Source: Octopus sinensis | Taxonomy: Eukaryota | Reading direction: 5' to 3' | Length of the DNA stretch: 64,000 nucleotides | NCBI RefSeq assembly: GCF_006345805.1 | Contig: NC_043010.1 | Coordinates: 41,850,001 to 41,914,000 of the forward strand | In this document: positions 1-12,630 of the stretch, in pieces | Numbering within the stretch: the first letter of the stretch is position 1 | Layout: each line of letters begins with the position of its first letter | Position numbers and translations under genes: made by a program | The notes under the pieces: model-generated | The model's input: only the letters and a program-made list of their open reading frames with translations | Told to the model about the DNA's origin: nothing | The model's database searches: none

Positions 1-18
1 ATTTTCAGCTTATTAGCT

Positions 19-100
<82 letters not shown>

Positions 101-621
101 GCGACATTCCCCCACCTTTACCCGCTGTTGCAAGAACATCAATAAATACATTAGAATTCCCAAGGATATTTTGCATAGAAGCCACAGCTCGTCAAAGAAG
201 ATATTCATTCATCGCTGGCTGAAGTTGTAATATCGAACACTTATTTTCCAACTGAACTGCTGGAATATTTCTAGTTATATGCCAAGCCAAACAATGAGGA
301 AGAAACACTGGCCGTAATATGAAAACGAAATGTTGAAATTTCGCAATGAAAACTGTGAAAATAACGTACGGAAGAAGTATAAGTACGAAAGAGAGAAAGT
401 GAGTGTGTGAATGAGAGTGGGTGAGCAAGTGAGAGAGAGAGCGAGAGAGAGAGCGAGAGCGAGAGAGAGAGAGAGAGGACGAAAGAGAGAGCATTTTAAT
501 GCTATCTATCTGACAAGATTACGCATATATTTTTCCTCCTCAAATACACATACATTATTACTATAGTACACACATAGAACACTACTTATGAATTACAGCA
601 TGTACACACACAACACACACA

Positions 622-665
<44 letters not shown>

Positions 666-703
666 CCACACACACATACAACCACACACACACACACACA
701 CAC
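19..703. repeat. (CT)n, (GA)n and (CA)n microsatellites (19-94, ~405-493, ~603-703)
   Basis: Directly visible dinucleotide arrays; they explain the ERERER/SLSLSL ORFs. Confidence 0.95.
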
Positions 704-1035
704 ATGTTTATAAATAATAATTTTATAGATATGTAGATTTATGTATTATTTTTTTTAACTGGATGTGTTTTTCGCATACATACTGCCATCATCCAGGTTT
801 TATGAACATTGTAATTTAATGTGAAGCTAAAAATCAATAAAAGCAATATTTCTTTTATTCTTGGGAAACTTGTCTGAACTTATTAGAGTCCGTTACTGAA
901 AGAAAATGTTGATTGAGTCATAAGTAAATTCCAGCAATTTCTATGTGGATATTTCGTCATATTTTCAACAAGTCTGCTTATTTTTACATCGATCCTTTAA
1001 ATGCTTCGTCTACGCAAATTCCAATATTTTCTTTA

Positions 1036-1040
<5 letters not shown>

Positions 1041-1073
<33 letters not shown>

Positions 1074-1113
1074 GAAAATATGTATCATTCGCATAACCAT
1101 ACATTGGTATACG

Positions 1114-1144
<31 letters not shown>

Positions 1145-1188
1145 CTATAATATATATCATACATGTATACATGTATAATACATATACA

Positions 1189-1229
<41 letters not shown>

Positions 1230-1311
1230 GATATAGCCGTCTAAGAGTTGATAAGTCAGGAAAAAATGCACTCGAATTAATTATATATATATTATATATA
1301 TTAATATATAG

Positions 1312-1342
<31 letters not shown>

Positions 1343-1376
1343 GTATGTATGTATGCATGCATGCATGTATGTATGT
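1041..1376. repeat. Compound (CA)n/(TA)n/(TATG)n microsatellites
   Basis: Directly visible. Confidence 0.95.
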
Positions 1377-2059
1377 ATCAATGACAATTTACTCATTCGC
1401 TTGAGTAAATAAATTCTTTTAGATGTGTTTACATTTGTTCTTCTAAATATGTTCATTCATTTGCTTTCATTCACCTTTCACCTTTTTTCCCAAACTCTCT
1501 TGATTTCTCCCCAAATCTCGCCGTCTTTCCTTCAGTACACTCCGTCTCTCTTAGCAAGTGAGCACATTCCTCAGTCCTCAGCTCGCCTCTTTCCTTTTTT
1601 TATTTTTTTTTTCTCTCTCGTCTTTTATTAAACGAGCTCCACATCTGCACCAAGACAACAAAAGGAATCGTTATACGTCCACTCTGGAGTACTGTCAATT
1701 TATCCACAGTTTTACACTGAGGGGAGAGGATGATTCACAACGGATGGTTGGACAGGCAAACCGAGGAGGATGACGAGTAAGTGACAAGCTCTATTTATCA
1801 ATACTGTGTCGTCTGTTTGCTACCTACTCGGTATACGGGCACGTCATCTCTTATTGTCACCATAGTAGTAGTAGTTCCACAATACAAACAAGGGGAACAT
1901 CGATTACATTTTACTGTTCAGTTCACTCATTGCGACACTAATCTTCGGAAGATTATTTCATTAAAGTACAACTTCAGACAACTTATTAGCTCTTAACAGC
2001 CAGTTACACTCGGGTTGACAAATTATACTGTTTGACAACAGAGTACACATTATAAGAGG

Positions 2060-2270
2060 GGACATCTACATGGTTGCTCGATCTGCTATAAAAAAAAAAT
2101 AGCAGCCAAATCTCTCCAAAATCACATCTCAACAATCTTTAAAAAAGAAGGACACATGTACTCCTAAAATAATGTACAGTGTCTGCATAAAATATGGACT
2201 GATCACGGTTGGAACTCCTTTGATCTTATGTCTGATTGATCAGGGCCGAACTAGAGTTGAACAAGTAAGC
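2060..2270 (+). repeat. Unclassified interspersed repeat (other copies ~2505-2640 on minus, ~26520-26680 on plus)
   Basis: Motifs such as ctgcta..aaatagcag(c/t)..aaatct..aaaaaagaaggac and the gatcaaaag/ctttgatc block recur in three diverged copies in the window. Confidence 0.55.
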
Positions 2271-2833
2271 ATTTTAGTAACATTAATTTACTAAAAATGG
2301 TATTTTTGAATTGTCTGCTTCTGTTCCAAAGAATAATTTCTGATATCGGTAACAGAAATTTATATAAATACAAAGTGGAGAAGTAAGTTATGGTACTCAT
2401 GTATCTCTCAAATAGCGCCAAAAGCAAAAGTGGTTTTAATAAGAATCCAGAAGCTGGTTACATTCCCGTTACAAATAATTATTCTTTAGTAGTTGTTGTT
2501 TTCCTGTTTTGCCCCAAGTTGGCTCTCTCCGAGCAGACCTATGATCAAAAGTATTCCAGTCGTGACCATCCCCATGTATTCGAATATATCTAGGTGCACA
2601 TTATGTAATGCATCCTTCCCATTTGAAGATGTTAAAATGTAATTTCAGAGAATACGAGTGTATAGTTGGTGTGGGTCGAGAGACAAGGTTGAATGTCTCT
2701 CATTTGTTATTAAAAGGAATTAAGGAAGATATGACATATTCCCGACTTTCTGACGAGTATTAGCGACATTAGTGAAATGAATGCATTTATAAATCGAAAC
2801 AGAAACACCGGAACCTTTCCGTGCCACAATCCT

Positions 2834-2881
<48 letters not shown>

Positions 2882-2939
2882 ATATATATATATATATTAC
2901 CTAGGTACAACAGTGTGTGCTTATGTGCTTCTTGGCTGG

Positions 2940-3050
2940 CATTTACTGATTGCGAAAGGGTGAAAGGCAAATTGACCTCAGCAAGATTTGAACTCAAAAC
3001 GTAAATAAAGAAACCAAATATCGTCCCACGATCTAACAATTCTGCAAACG
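2940..3050 (-). mobile_element. tRNA-headed SINE family S2, degraded fragment
   Basis: gaaaggcaaattgacctcagcaagatttgaactc aligns with the copy at 13720-13953. Confidence 0.7.
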
Positions 3051-3466
3051 TTATCCTATTTTGATAAATTATAATGAAGATTAACACAACTTAAGCAAGG
3101 CACTCACTTACAACCCTAGTTGTAATGTTATCGTAAAGAACATTGGCAATAATAATAACACCCGTAAGAACACTGTGTTGTACTAGCGACATTGAACTGC
3201 AAACACAGTTGCAGTTCGGTTATTTGCACACACACCACCACACACACACACACACATACACACACAAAAAAAAGAAGTTCCGATAACAGCATAAGTGACA
3301 TTCGAAGTCACCCTTTGTAAGTAAGTATTTAGAAACCGACAAATATCGTCACATGAAAGAGATAATTACAAATCCTAGCTGTTTCTAACCCGTCAGTGAG
3401 ATTAAATCAATATGAGACCTTTTTAATCACTTTGTTTCGTTGTTCTCACATTTTCCTATTTTCTAG

Positions 3467-3539
3467 TATACATACATACATACATACATACATACATACA
3501 TACATACATACATCATACATATATATACACACACACACA

Positions 3540-3582
<43 letters not shown>

Positions 3583-3718
3583 TACATACACACATACACA
3601 TATAAATATATATATATAAAATACATGCATATATAAACATATATACATATATAAATATACATACATATATAAATATATATTAATATATATAAATATATAC
3701 ATATATATATATAATATA

Positions 3719-3761
<43 letters not shown>

Positions 3762-3942
3762 CATATATAAATATACACACACTCACACACACACCACACA
3801 TACACATACATACATACATGCATACATACATACATACATACATACATACATACATACCTACATCATACATCATACATCATACATACATACATACATACAT
3901 ACTACATACATACATACATACATGCATACATACATACATACA

Positions 3943-3972
<30 letters not shown>
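3467..3972. repeat. (TACA)n/(TA)n compound microsatellite
   Basis: Directly visible. Confidence 0.95.
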
Positions 3973-3973
<1 letters not shown>

Positions 3974-4468
3974 TGTATATTCTTAATAAGGATTAACCGA
4001 AGGGAACATACTGATGTTGCTTCAGTGTTTTCACAATGCTTTCAACAATATCAATATTCTTACCACTTACGATCACCAAAGAATTCCTACTGACACTAAA
4101 CACATACCTACATGAATACATAACAGAGAAAAGGAAAAAAAGATAGACAGATGTCTAACGGCAATTTGCACGGTTTCGGAGAAAGAACGTCTGGGATGTA
4201 GAGGCGGGATAGAACAGCTGTTTTATCTTAGTTCACGTGCTATTAACAAAGAAGAACTCTGTATGCTACACACAGTTTGGTTATATTCTCAGTTATTTCG
4301 TGTGTTTTTTTTTTGTTATCTTCTTTGAAGAGAAGCAGGGTAACAATTTATACATGATGTATAATATCCAATATGCTCGTATCATGATCACTATCTTAAA
4401 CCCCAAACATATATCTTCACTCTCATGTTAATCCCATAATTAGATGCACTGCAGTTTTTTTCCCCCAT

Positions 4469-4726
4469 TCTTCTTCTTCTTCTTCTTCTTCTTCTTCTTC
4501 TTCTTCTTCTTCTTCTTCTTCTTCTTCTCTTCTTCTTCTTCTTCTTCTCTTCTCTTCCTCTTCTTCTTCTTCTAATAATAAAATAATAATAAAATAATAA
4601 TATAATAATAATAATAATAATATAATCCTTTCTTACAATAGGCAAAGGTCTGAAATTTTTGGGGAGGGGTCTAGTCAATTACATTAACCCTGGTACCCAA
4701 CTGAATAATAATAATAATAATAACAC

Positions 4727-4774
<48 letters not shown>
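4469..4774. repeat. (CTT)n and (AAT)n microsatellites
   Basis: Directly visible. Confidence 0.95.
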
Positions 4775-4775
<1 letters not shown>

Positions 4776-5689
4776 TTTTTGCTTCTTCTTCTCACCCTCT
4801 TTTTTCCTTTTTTTCCCCCTTCTCCCTTAATTACTCACTATTTTAAATGATCGTTGTTTTTGCTTCCGTTTGTTAACGTTGGCTCTGTCGGTTCTTATCA
4901 ACCACTGTATTAGCAATAACAATAGAATTAAGAACCAATATTACTTTGAAGAATTCTTGTAGCTTGTATTGATTTTAGAATGTCAAAGACTGACTACACA
5001 TTGCTAATACAGTTCAAGGAAGAAAAAAAATCTAGTAAACAGAAACATCGCGTAGAATTTGAACAAACTCATATAAACTTCCAAACACTTAGGAAGTGGT
5101 AGCTGTTGTTTTGCAATGTGTTTACCTTTATGTAGTACCAGACGGAAGAACTAAACTCCTGTGGAACGAAGAAATAAAGCAGCTAACAGAAGACTTAAAT
5201 ACTCAATTTCGTTGCATCTTGATTGTACAAATTAACCTCTAATTTATGTTGAAACATAATAGAATTAATGTAAACACTACATCAATACACTTTAATACTA
5301 TTCCAAATGAAAGAATATGTTATATAATCCTTAAGTGTTGACGGGTCAGCGTCAAACACTTCCTACACTTGTGATCTGTTAAAATCAAGGCAGTCAGTTA
5401 AAAAGTAGCGCCTATTGACAACAACCGGTAATTATACCTCAAGAATTTATACCTGAAGGAACCTATATTTCAATCAATATTCACTGAGAGATTATCATTA
5501 TTCTCAAACTACGAATATTACGGTATAACACAAAAAGCATTTCAGTATCTAAACGTCACAATATTTTCTATATCACCATTTTAAAACTTTTTTTAACAAG
5601 AGGTGAAACGAGAATAATAATTAATATATTATGAAAGAGATAGCTATTAAATATTTGATGAATACGAATGATAAAGAAGCCTCTAACCT

Positions 5690-6110
5690 TCAGGTTGTGC
5701 CTGTGAGGTAGGTATCAATCACATTATCGTCAACTGTCCAAAAATGTCCTCAAGATTTTTACATCAATATGAAATATAACATAGTTGCTAAAACCATTTA
5801 CAACGCTATTTACAAAACAGAATGTCCCGATAGCCATAACAAAGGCACACCAAAGCTAAAATGTATGCATCCCTTTAAAAATAAGGAATATTGTTGAAAT
5901 GTTACAAGGAAAAGATCAGCCTGGTGCAAATGCAATAGACCTGATGTTGTTCTAAAGGACAGTATATGAAAATCATGCACTGTGGTAGAGGACAGCTGTC
6001 CAGTGAATGTGAGGGTTTCGACTGAAATTGGAGAAAAGGGAATTGACAAAATTATAGTCCAGAAACGAAGTAAACTGTTTAATATTCTACAAATACAACC
6101 GATTAGAGAT
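5690..6110 (+). pseudogene. R4/Dong-like non-LTR retrotransposon, CCHC plus REL endonuclease fragment (decayed)
   Basis: Frameshifted translation gives INHIIVNCP, NIVAKTIYNAI and CNRPDVVLKD...SCTVVEDSCPVNV, matching the RPD..D REL motif also seen at 36.5, 37.1 and 41.3 kb. Confidence 0.7.
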
Positions 6111-6999
6111 ACGTCCCCAAAGTCCATCACCTCCTCACCGTGGTGGGGACGCTGGCAACGGGTAGTGTCAGAGCTATGCCGTCGGGAACTTCAGTTCCTG
6201 GTAGGGCCACCCAAGGCGGATTGGTCTAACACCGAGTGGTATTAGGGCCACAACCCGGCAGACGGGGCTCTGGTGAAAATCCTCGGAGTGTCTGCTTTCG
6301 GCAACCGGCGGCTCCTCGGTCGTTCTGCCCCTGCGTCTGCGGACAATCTGCGGCAAACAGGATGTCTCTACATGTGGGATTGTTGGGGACCGCTTGTCAA
6401 ATCCACATATTCCCACGAAACTTCTTCCATGAATTCTCAATGACGAATACAATGCCTCGAGGGTGGTAGAAGAAGCCGACTCAACCCGCCCAGGATGAAT
6501 GTCACCACAAGTACAAGTAAGTAAGATTAGAGATACAGTGAAAATTTATAAAACATTCCAGGGGTTCTCTATTTAACTCATCTAGAATTAACATGCCCAC
6601 CATCAGTTGTGCATATAACATATAAACACATACATAAACAGTACTGATGTGTACACACGATACATGAGTGCATGTTCGTCTACAAATGCTCATACGTATA
6701 AACATAACGTTACTCGTTACCCTGAACCGTCACGACTCAAAGAAAAGTTTTGAATTTTGCAAACAATCTCAAGGAAAAAAAATCACTCGTCCGTCCGTCC
6801 GTCCGTCCATCCATCCATCCATCCATCCATCCATCCATCCATCCATCCTCCATCCATTCATCCATCCATCCATATATACATGGCATGCATGCAGTTGCAC
6901 GTTTACACGTAATATACGCATAGATATGTACATACACAGATACATAAACTATAGCTATGCCTGGGCACCAGTTTCAGGGGCATTTTGTTGGTCATAGCA

Positions 7000-7560
7000 A
7001 CTCTTCTACTTATTTCAGTTTCCTAATTATTTCATCCCTTTATATTTTACTAACTTATGATTTTGTAATGCTGTTACTGGTTTTTGTTGTCCAAATACAT
7101 GCTACTGGTCGCTCAGAGTTGCTTTCGCTCATTTTAATTTTATTTATACTAATTATCAGAACCATTAAGATGGCATTTTTGTATGAGTCTACTAAACATC
7201 TTGTTCTGCAAGAGACGAAGGAGGGCAACTATTGTTATGATGGCGGAAAATGCGTTAAGAAGCACATGGTCACAACTGTTATGGAAAAACATATGGTCAC
7301 AGCTTTCTTCTAGTCTCCAGACGACCAAACTGTTTTTGCCTAATGGCAGCCAATTTTGGAGAGTAATGATTCTTGACACTATCTTTTCCTTCCCATTTGA
7401 TGTTGTCCCCACTTGTCACTAAGCGATTGTCCTACCTTCTATGGAAGCAGAGATGATTTCAATAAATCAAGTATTTAACTTGTATGTTGTTTCATTTATC
7501 CACAATTATCTTTGTTCTTCAAATACATGCCACAAACACTGAGTTATTTCTCTTAGCTTA
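7000..7560 (-). pseudogene. Possible highly decayed R4-like RT N-terminal fragment
   Basis: Weak resemblance only (FIEII..EGRT..KEKIVSRIITLQN, cf. GRT.L.PK...YRPITCLN). Confidence 0.3.
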
Positions 7561-7592
7561 TTTGCGTTAGGCATCCGCCCACACGTATATAT

Positions 7593-7628
<36 letters not shown>

Positions 7629-7761
7629 TAGAAGTTTGGAGATGATGTACAGGTATTTTATATTAGAAGAAATGAGGTACTCAGAAATTCGGATGGTTTT
7701 ATATTTACAGATATTTATTTGTATATTACATGTTTTTATACATCATATATCATAGGTCATA

Positions 7762-7800
7762 TATTAGCGCTTTCGTCCATTCTAGTGGAGTTTTCAAATT
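7762..7800 (-). ncRNA. Degenerate minimal type-I hammerhead motif (UUGAAAA core)
   Basis: Minus strand: aat-TTGAAAA-c tcca ctagaa tgga c-GAAA-GCGC-TA-at. Stem II pairs and stem III is palindromic, but stem I is only 2 bp. Confidence 0.5.
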
Positions 7801-7914
7801 GAACTAAGCTCTTGTGGAAAATTTGACCATTTTTATAGTGTTATTGAGTGTGTAGTGGCGGGGAAGGATATGAGATAGTACAAGAGGGTGATGAATGGGG
7901 AGAAAGTACACACA

Positions 7915-7965
<51 letters not shown>

Positions 7966-8740
7966 ACACACACACACGCGCACACACTATACTAATGCAA
8001 TGTACATACTCGCTATTGCATAAGAGAATTTATTTGTAATATTTGTGTATATATGTGTGCATGTGTGTGGGTACATTTTCGTATTCTCGTCCCCATTAAA
8101 ACAGTGCCATTAAAAATTGGGCTATTTTCCCATTAAAAAGCTGAGATATTGGATTAAACGGGTTACATCCTTTTGACTCATTACTTCAATGCATGGCTGA
8201 CTTTTGGCCTCCTCAATAGGAATAGTATGATTTGTTATAAAAATATTATCAGATTCGATAAGACGTCTAATCTTTTCACTTTTCATGTTTATTAATTGTT
8301 TTTGTCTTAGTGAGGGTTAAACAATTTTTTTTTTACTTGGGGGAGATAACCCAAATTTTTAATGGGAGTGAGATTGCCAAAAAGTACCTGTGTGTGTACG
8401 GTGGAAATCAACCCGTAACCGATTAAGACCACTTTCTAAACTCAGTAAGGCCGTACAAATCAATAAACATAGAAGCGAATGTTTCACATTTTATAATTGT
8501 GACAATACTTACTTAAGAATCACTATTTGTTTGATGCCATCTTGATGACATAAAAAAATATGTATACACACATACAGCTGTGTGCCCGTGCGACAGTGTA
8601 TGTATATGTGAGTGTGTACGTGTGTACATATGTGTATATGTATGTGTGCATATACGTATATATGCATGTGCCTGTGTATATGTGTGTATATGTATGTGTG
8701 TATGATCATATGTATGAATATATGTATATGTATGTGTGTG

Positions 8741-8936
8741 TGTTTGTACCCCCACCATCGCTTGACAACTGATGTTGGTGTGTTAACGTCTCCGTAACTA
8801 GCAGTTAGGCAAAACGCTCCGACTGAATAAGCATTAGGTTTACAAAGAATAAACTCTGGGGTCACATTGTTCGACTAAAGGCGGTGCTCCAGCATAGCCG
8901 CACTCACATAACTGAAAGAAGTAAAAGAATAGAAAA
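8741..8936 (+). mobile_element. SINE family S1, 3' half
   Basis: catcgcttgacaac...gactaaaggcggtgctccagcat..ccgca aligns with the full copy at 9609-10102. Confidence 0.85.
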
Positions 8937-8944
8937 GTAATCCA

Positions 8945-8978
8945 TTTTAATTCCGAGCAACGCCGAGTATCTCTGCTA
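8945..8978 (+). mobile_element. Possible Helitron 3' terminus remnant
   Basis: ccgagcaacgccgagtatctctgcta resembles the short GC hairpin plus CTAG end of non-autonomous Helitrons; the final G is absent. Confidence 0.3.
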
Positions 8979-9149
8979 TATATATATGTGTGTGTGTGTG
9001 CATAGTTATGGAATATTCTGTTAAGAATGTAGTCAAGTATAAAGCCTGTCCACCTTCATGTTTACCCTATGCTATCCAGTATCTGTGTGTGAATAGACAA
9101 TTGAAAAAATTGGAGTCAACAAGGAGTACTGTTGGAGATTTATTTTTGA

Positions 9150-9255
9150 ATTACTACAATTGTTTCCATGCAACGTAGTTCTCCAGGCTTGCAGTTATTT
9201 GATTATGCAGCTGTTTCTCTGCATTATGAGATCTTGTTGCGTTTCCTCAGGTAAT
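9150..9255 (-). ncRNA. Type-I hammerhead ribozyme with long stem II
   Basis: Minus strand: ATTAC-CTGAGGA-a acgcaac...gttgcat g-GAAA-CAATTG-TA-GTAAT. Perfect 5-bp stem I, intact core, palindromic stem III, GUA cleavage triplet. Confidence 0.75.
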
Positions 9256-9439
9256 ATATAAATATTGCCTGCGTAAGTTCAAAATTCTTGATTTCAAGTA
9301 CATCTCTGTCTGTTGTAACCTGAATTTAGTACTAGTCACTGAGCTTATCAAGGTGAGTTGTTGCTGAAGAGCCGTTGGGAAACTGCTTTAAAGGTGTATA
9401 TGTAGTGGGAATTTGAACTTACATAGACAATATTTACAT

Positions 9440-9545
9440 ATCGCCTGAGGAAACACAATTAGATCTCATAATGCAGGGAAACCGTTGCATAATCAAATAC
9501 CTGCTCGCCTGGAGAACTACGTTGCGTGGAAACGATTGTAGTGAT
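9440..9545 (+). ncRNA. Type-I hammerhead ribozyme with long stem II
   Basis: ATCGC-CTGAGGA-a acacaa...ttgcgt g-GAAA-CGATTG-TA-GTGAT. 5-bp stem I (one G.U), intact core, GUA triplet. Confidence 0.75.
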
Positions 9546-9608
9546 TAAACGATAAATGTCCAACCGTACTCCTTGACTCCAATATTTACAATTATATATA
9601 TATATATA

Positions 9609-10102
<494 letters not shown>

Positions 10103-10116
10103 ATATATATAGATAT

Positions 10117-10335
10117 TCATTTCTGTTTATTTGTTACAGTCATTTGATTGCGGCCATACTTGAGCACCGCCTTTAGTCGAGCAAATCGAACCCAGGACTT
10201 ACTCTTTGTAAGTCTAGTACTTATTCTATCGGACTCGCTTGACGAACCGCTAAGTTACAGGGACGTAAACACACCAGCACTGGTTGTCAAGCGATGCTTT
10301 TTTTTGGGGGGGGGTCAAACACAGACACACAAACA
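10117..10335 (-). mobile_element. SINE family S1, 3' half, tail-to-tail with the previous copy
   Basis: Reverse complement of the 9900-10100 body. Confidence 0.85.
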
Positions 10336-10674
10336 CACACGGACATACATACATATGCACCTGGAGATGCTTTTGATTCATATTTGAAGTTTGTCCGTGG
10401 CATACACACCTACACACACACACACATACATATACATATGTGTGTGTGTAGATATATTGTATCGTATTGTATGTTGTCTGCTTTCTGCTCTCTATGCTAG
10501 CAGCCTACTGCTTGAACCTTACAGACTTCTTACATTGGGATTCCGGATCGTATTTACACAGTAAAATTTTTCTTCTGATACTTGCGGACACTAACGGTGT
10601 GGAAGCCCCCGGAATGGGAAAAATATGGTTGAAGCTGTCAGTAAAGGATGTTCCCTTGATATATATATATATAT

Positions 10675-10725
<51 letters not shown>

Positions 10726-10734
10726 TATATATAT

Positions 10735-10775
<41 letters not shown>

Positions 10776-10776
<1 letters not shown>

Positions 10777-10862
10777 ATGACTGAAGAGTGCTCAGCATTT
10801 TAAAACTGTTGTAATACTTACAACATTTAATAAAATGATGTAGCATGAAACGATCGTACCAA
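10776..10862 (+). ncRNA. Hammerhead motif with long branched stem II; stem I decayed
   Basis: CTGAAGA-gtgct...agcat-GAAA-CGATCG-TA-cc, with an internal perfect hairpin tgttgtaa/ttacaaca; lies directly after (TA)n. Confidence 0.6.
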
Positions 10863-11010
10863 ATTACCGAAGTTATTCTTGTTGCTCATTTTGATTATAA
10901 CCACCCCATGGATTTATATGGATAACACCATACAAAATTCTGGTGCATCTAACTTAAGTACCATATTCATATGGATCTAAATTTTGCTGAACTTATATAT
11001 ATATATATAT

Positions 11011-11810
11011 AAATTGAAAGAATGAGATAAAAAAAAAACAAGGCAGTAAATAGATTTCATAACATTTATCAAGAAAGGTCTTACAGCTGTTTCCAGGATA
11101 TTTTATATATCCCTTCATCAGAGACGGTGCGAGAAAATCTTTGAGTAGCAATTATTGTAGAGAAGATATGAAGTACAGACGGAAATAAGAGAATGAATAT
11201 AGAAGTGAGATACATAAGGATATTGTGTCTGTAGTTCCATTATTCAAGTAGAATGGTGTACATAAATGGGGACAAAATTTTTTGAAGAAATTTTCTTGTA
11301 CGGTGTGTGGTTTCCAATGGTGGTTATATTTGGTCATTCCAAGCAGAGCCTTGTAAACAATGTTGGTCGATCGAGGGATATTTTCTTTTGGTGAGAATTA
11401 AAATGTGTTAGTAGTGTTAATGGATAGATAGAGGGAGGAGAGATGTGTATGATTAGAAAGAGGAGATAGGTAAAACCAAAAACAAGAAGATAGAATGGGA
11501 GGGAAAAGAGAAGCAGAAGGGAGGGAGACAAAAAAGAAATGAAGACAGGGGAACAAAATGAGAGAGTGTGTGTTATCTAGTGATAGGAGGAAGGGAGAGG
11601 GGAGGGGGAGAGAGAGGAAGCGACAAGATGGTAAGGAATAAAAGTGTGTGATAGAGCTGTATTAAGGGATTGGTACAGAAAAGGTTAAGAGAAGCTAAGC
11701 GAGGGGTGATATGTAGGGTATTGGCTTTGATAGTAAAAATTGAGGTGGAATGAAGAATATATAAGGGGGTCAAGTTGCTATAGATATGTGTGGTAGGTTA
11801 GTTGGAAAAA
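11011..11810 (-). mobile_element. Penelope-like element 3' remnant with terminal repeat
   Basis: Carries an intact HHR; its first ~150 bp recur at 24950-25110. The purine-rich extension gives only a weak PLE-like C-terminal translation (HLCTPFYLN). Confidence 0.5.
11078..11125 (-). ncRNA. Minimal type-I hammerhead ribozyme
   Basis: Minus strand: GTCT-CTGATGA-a gggatat ataaa atatcct g-GAAA-CAGCTG-TA-AGAC. All core positions are intact. Confidence 0.85.
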
Positions 11811-11965
11811 AAAGAATGTATATGTGTGAATATGTATACACACATACATACCCACACATGGATATATATATACATATATATGTAGTGATAAATTACATGG
11901 TTATTGACGTTGTGTCTATTTTCGGCATATTTTCGCATTAGAAATGTTTTCTTTTGCCCTTACTT

Positions 11966-12006
<41 letters not shown>

Positions 12007-12155
12007 GCACTTCAAAACGTACACACGCATACAAACTCATGTATGTTCACACCCATTCACACACATGTACACTCATTCGCATCTATTTTTGTATATATAA
12101 AAAAAGCATGCATACAAGCACACACACGCATATACTCATATGTATATATATATAT

Positions 12156-12187
<32 letters not shown>

Positions 12188-12222
12188 ACTTCCGTCACTG
12201 ATTTCGAAAAACTGTCAGCCTG

Positions 12223-12325
<103 letters not shown>

Positions 12326-12339
12326 ACTTCTCTTTCTCC

Positions 12340-12630
12340 CACCCCAAACATACAAAGCTTTCCATCCCCTATTCCCAATTCCTCCGTCTATGCAGGCTCT
12401 ATAGTGACGACCATGACTTTGTGACTCAGTCTCAACTCATGGTTCGCCACTTCATCCTACGTGGTATCCCCTCAACACTATCCACATCGCCCTTGCCAGA
12501 ACACGTTCCGTGGACCGTGCATCTGCTCTCTGCCCCCGAACGCGCCCCACCGTCTCCCGCCTCCCATTCCCCTCATCTACCACGCCACCACCCTACCTCT
12601 CCAACGCACCATTCTCCGAGCCTTCAATAT
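12340..12630 (+). pseudogene. Penelope-like element RT thumb/linker fragment
   Basis: Frameshifted translation HFILRGIPST / LARTRSVDRASAL / IPLIYHATTLPLQRTILRAFN resembles the PLE linker (F..RGFP..I..AL.R...SR..AL...VPLVLTYHP....Q.II). Confidence 0.6.

Larger units (their letters stand above)
9099..9593. mobile_element. Foldback element with ~190-bp imperfect inverted arms, each carrying a hammerhead ribozyme (PLE-derived mini element)
   Basis: Arms ~9099-9290 and ~9410-9593 are diverged reverse complements; the right end abuts (TA)n. Confidence 0.8.

Noticed and set aside
2749-2800. CTGACGA...GAAA hammerhead-like match
   Set aside because: No stem I or stem II pairing and no valid stem III/cleavage triplet.
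3375-3405. Minus-strand CTGACGG-gtta-GAAA-CAGC-TA
   Set aside because: A9 is mutated, stem II is absent and stem I is out of register; at most a dead remnant.
5333-5360. Small hairpins (here, ~1387-1408, ~13025-13043, ~41772-41792)
   Set aside because: Short isolated stems without Helitron CTRR ends or other context are expected by chance or belong to TE UTRs.
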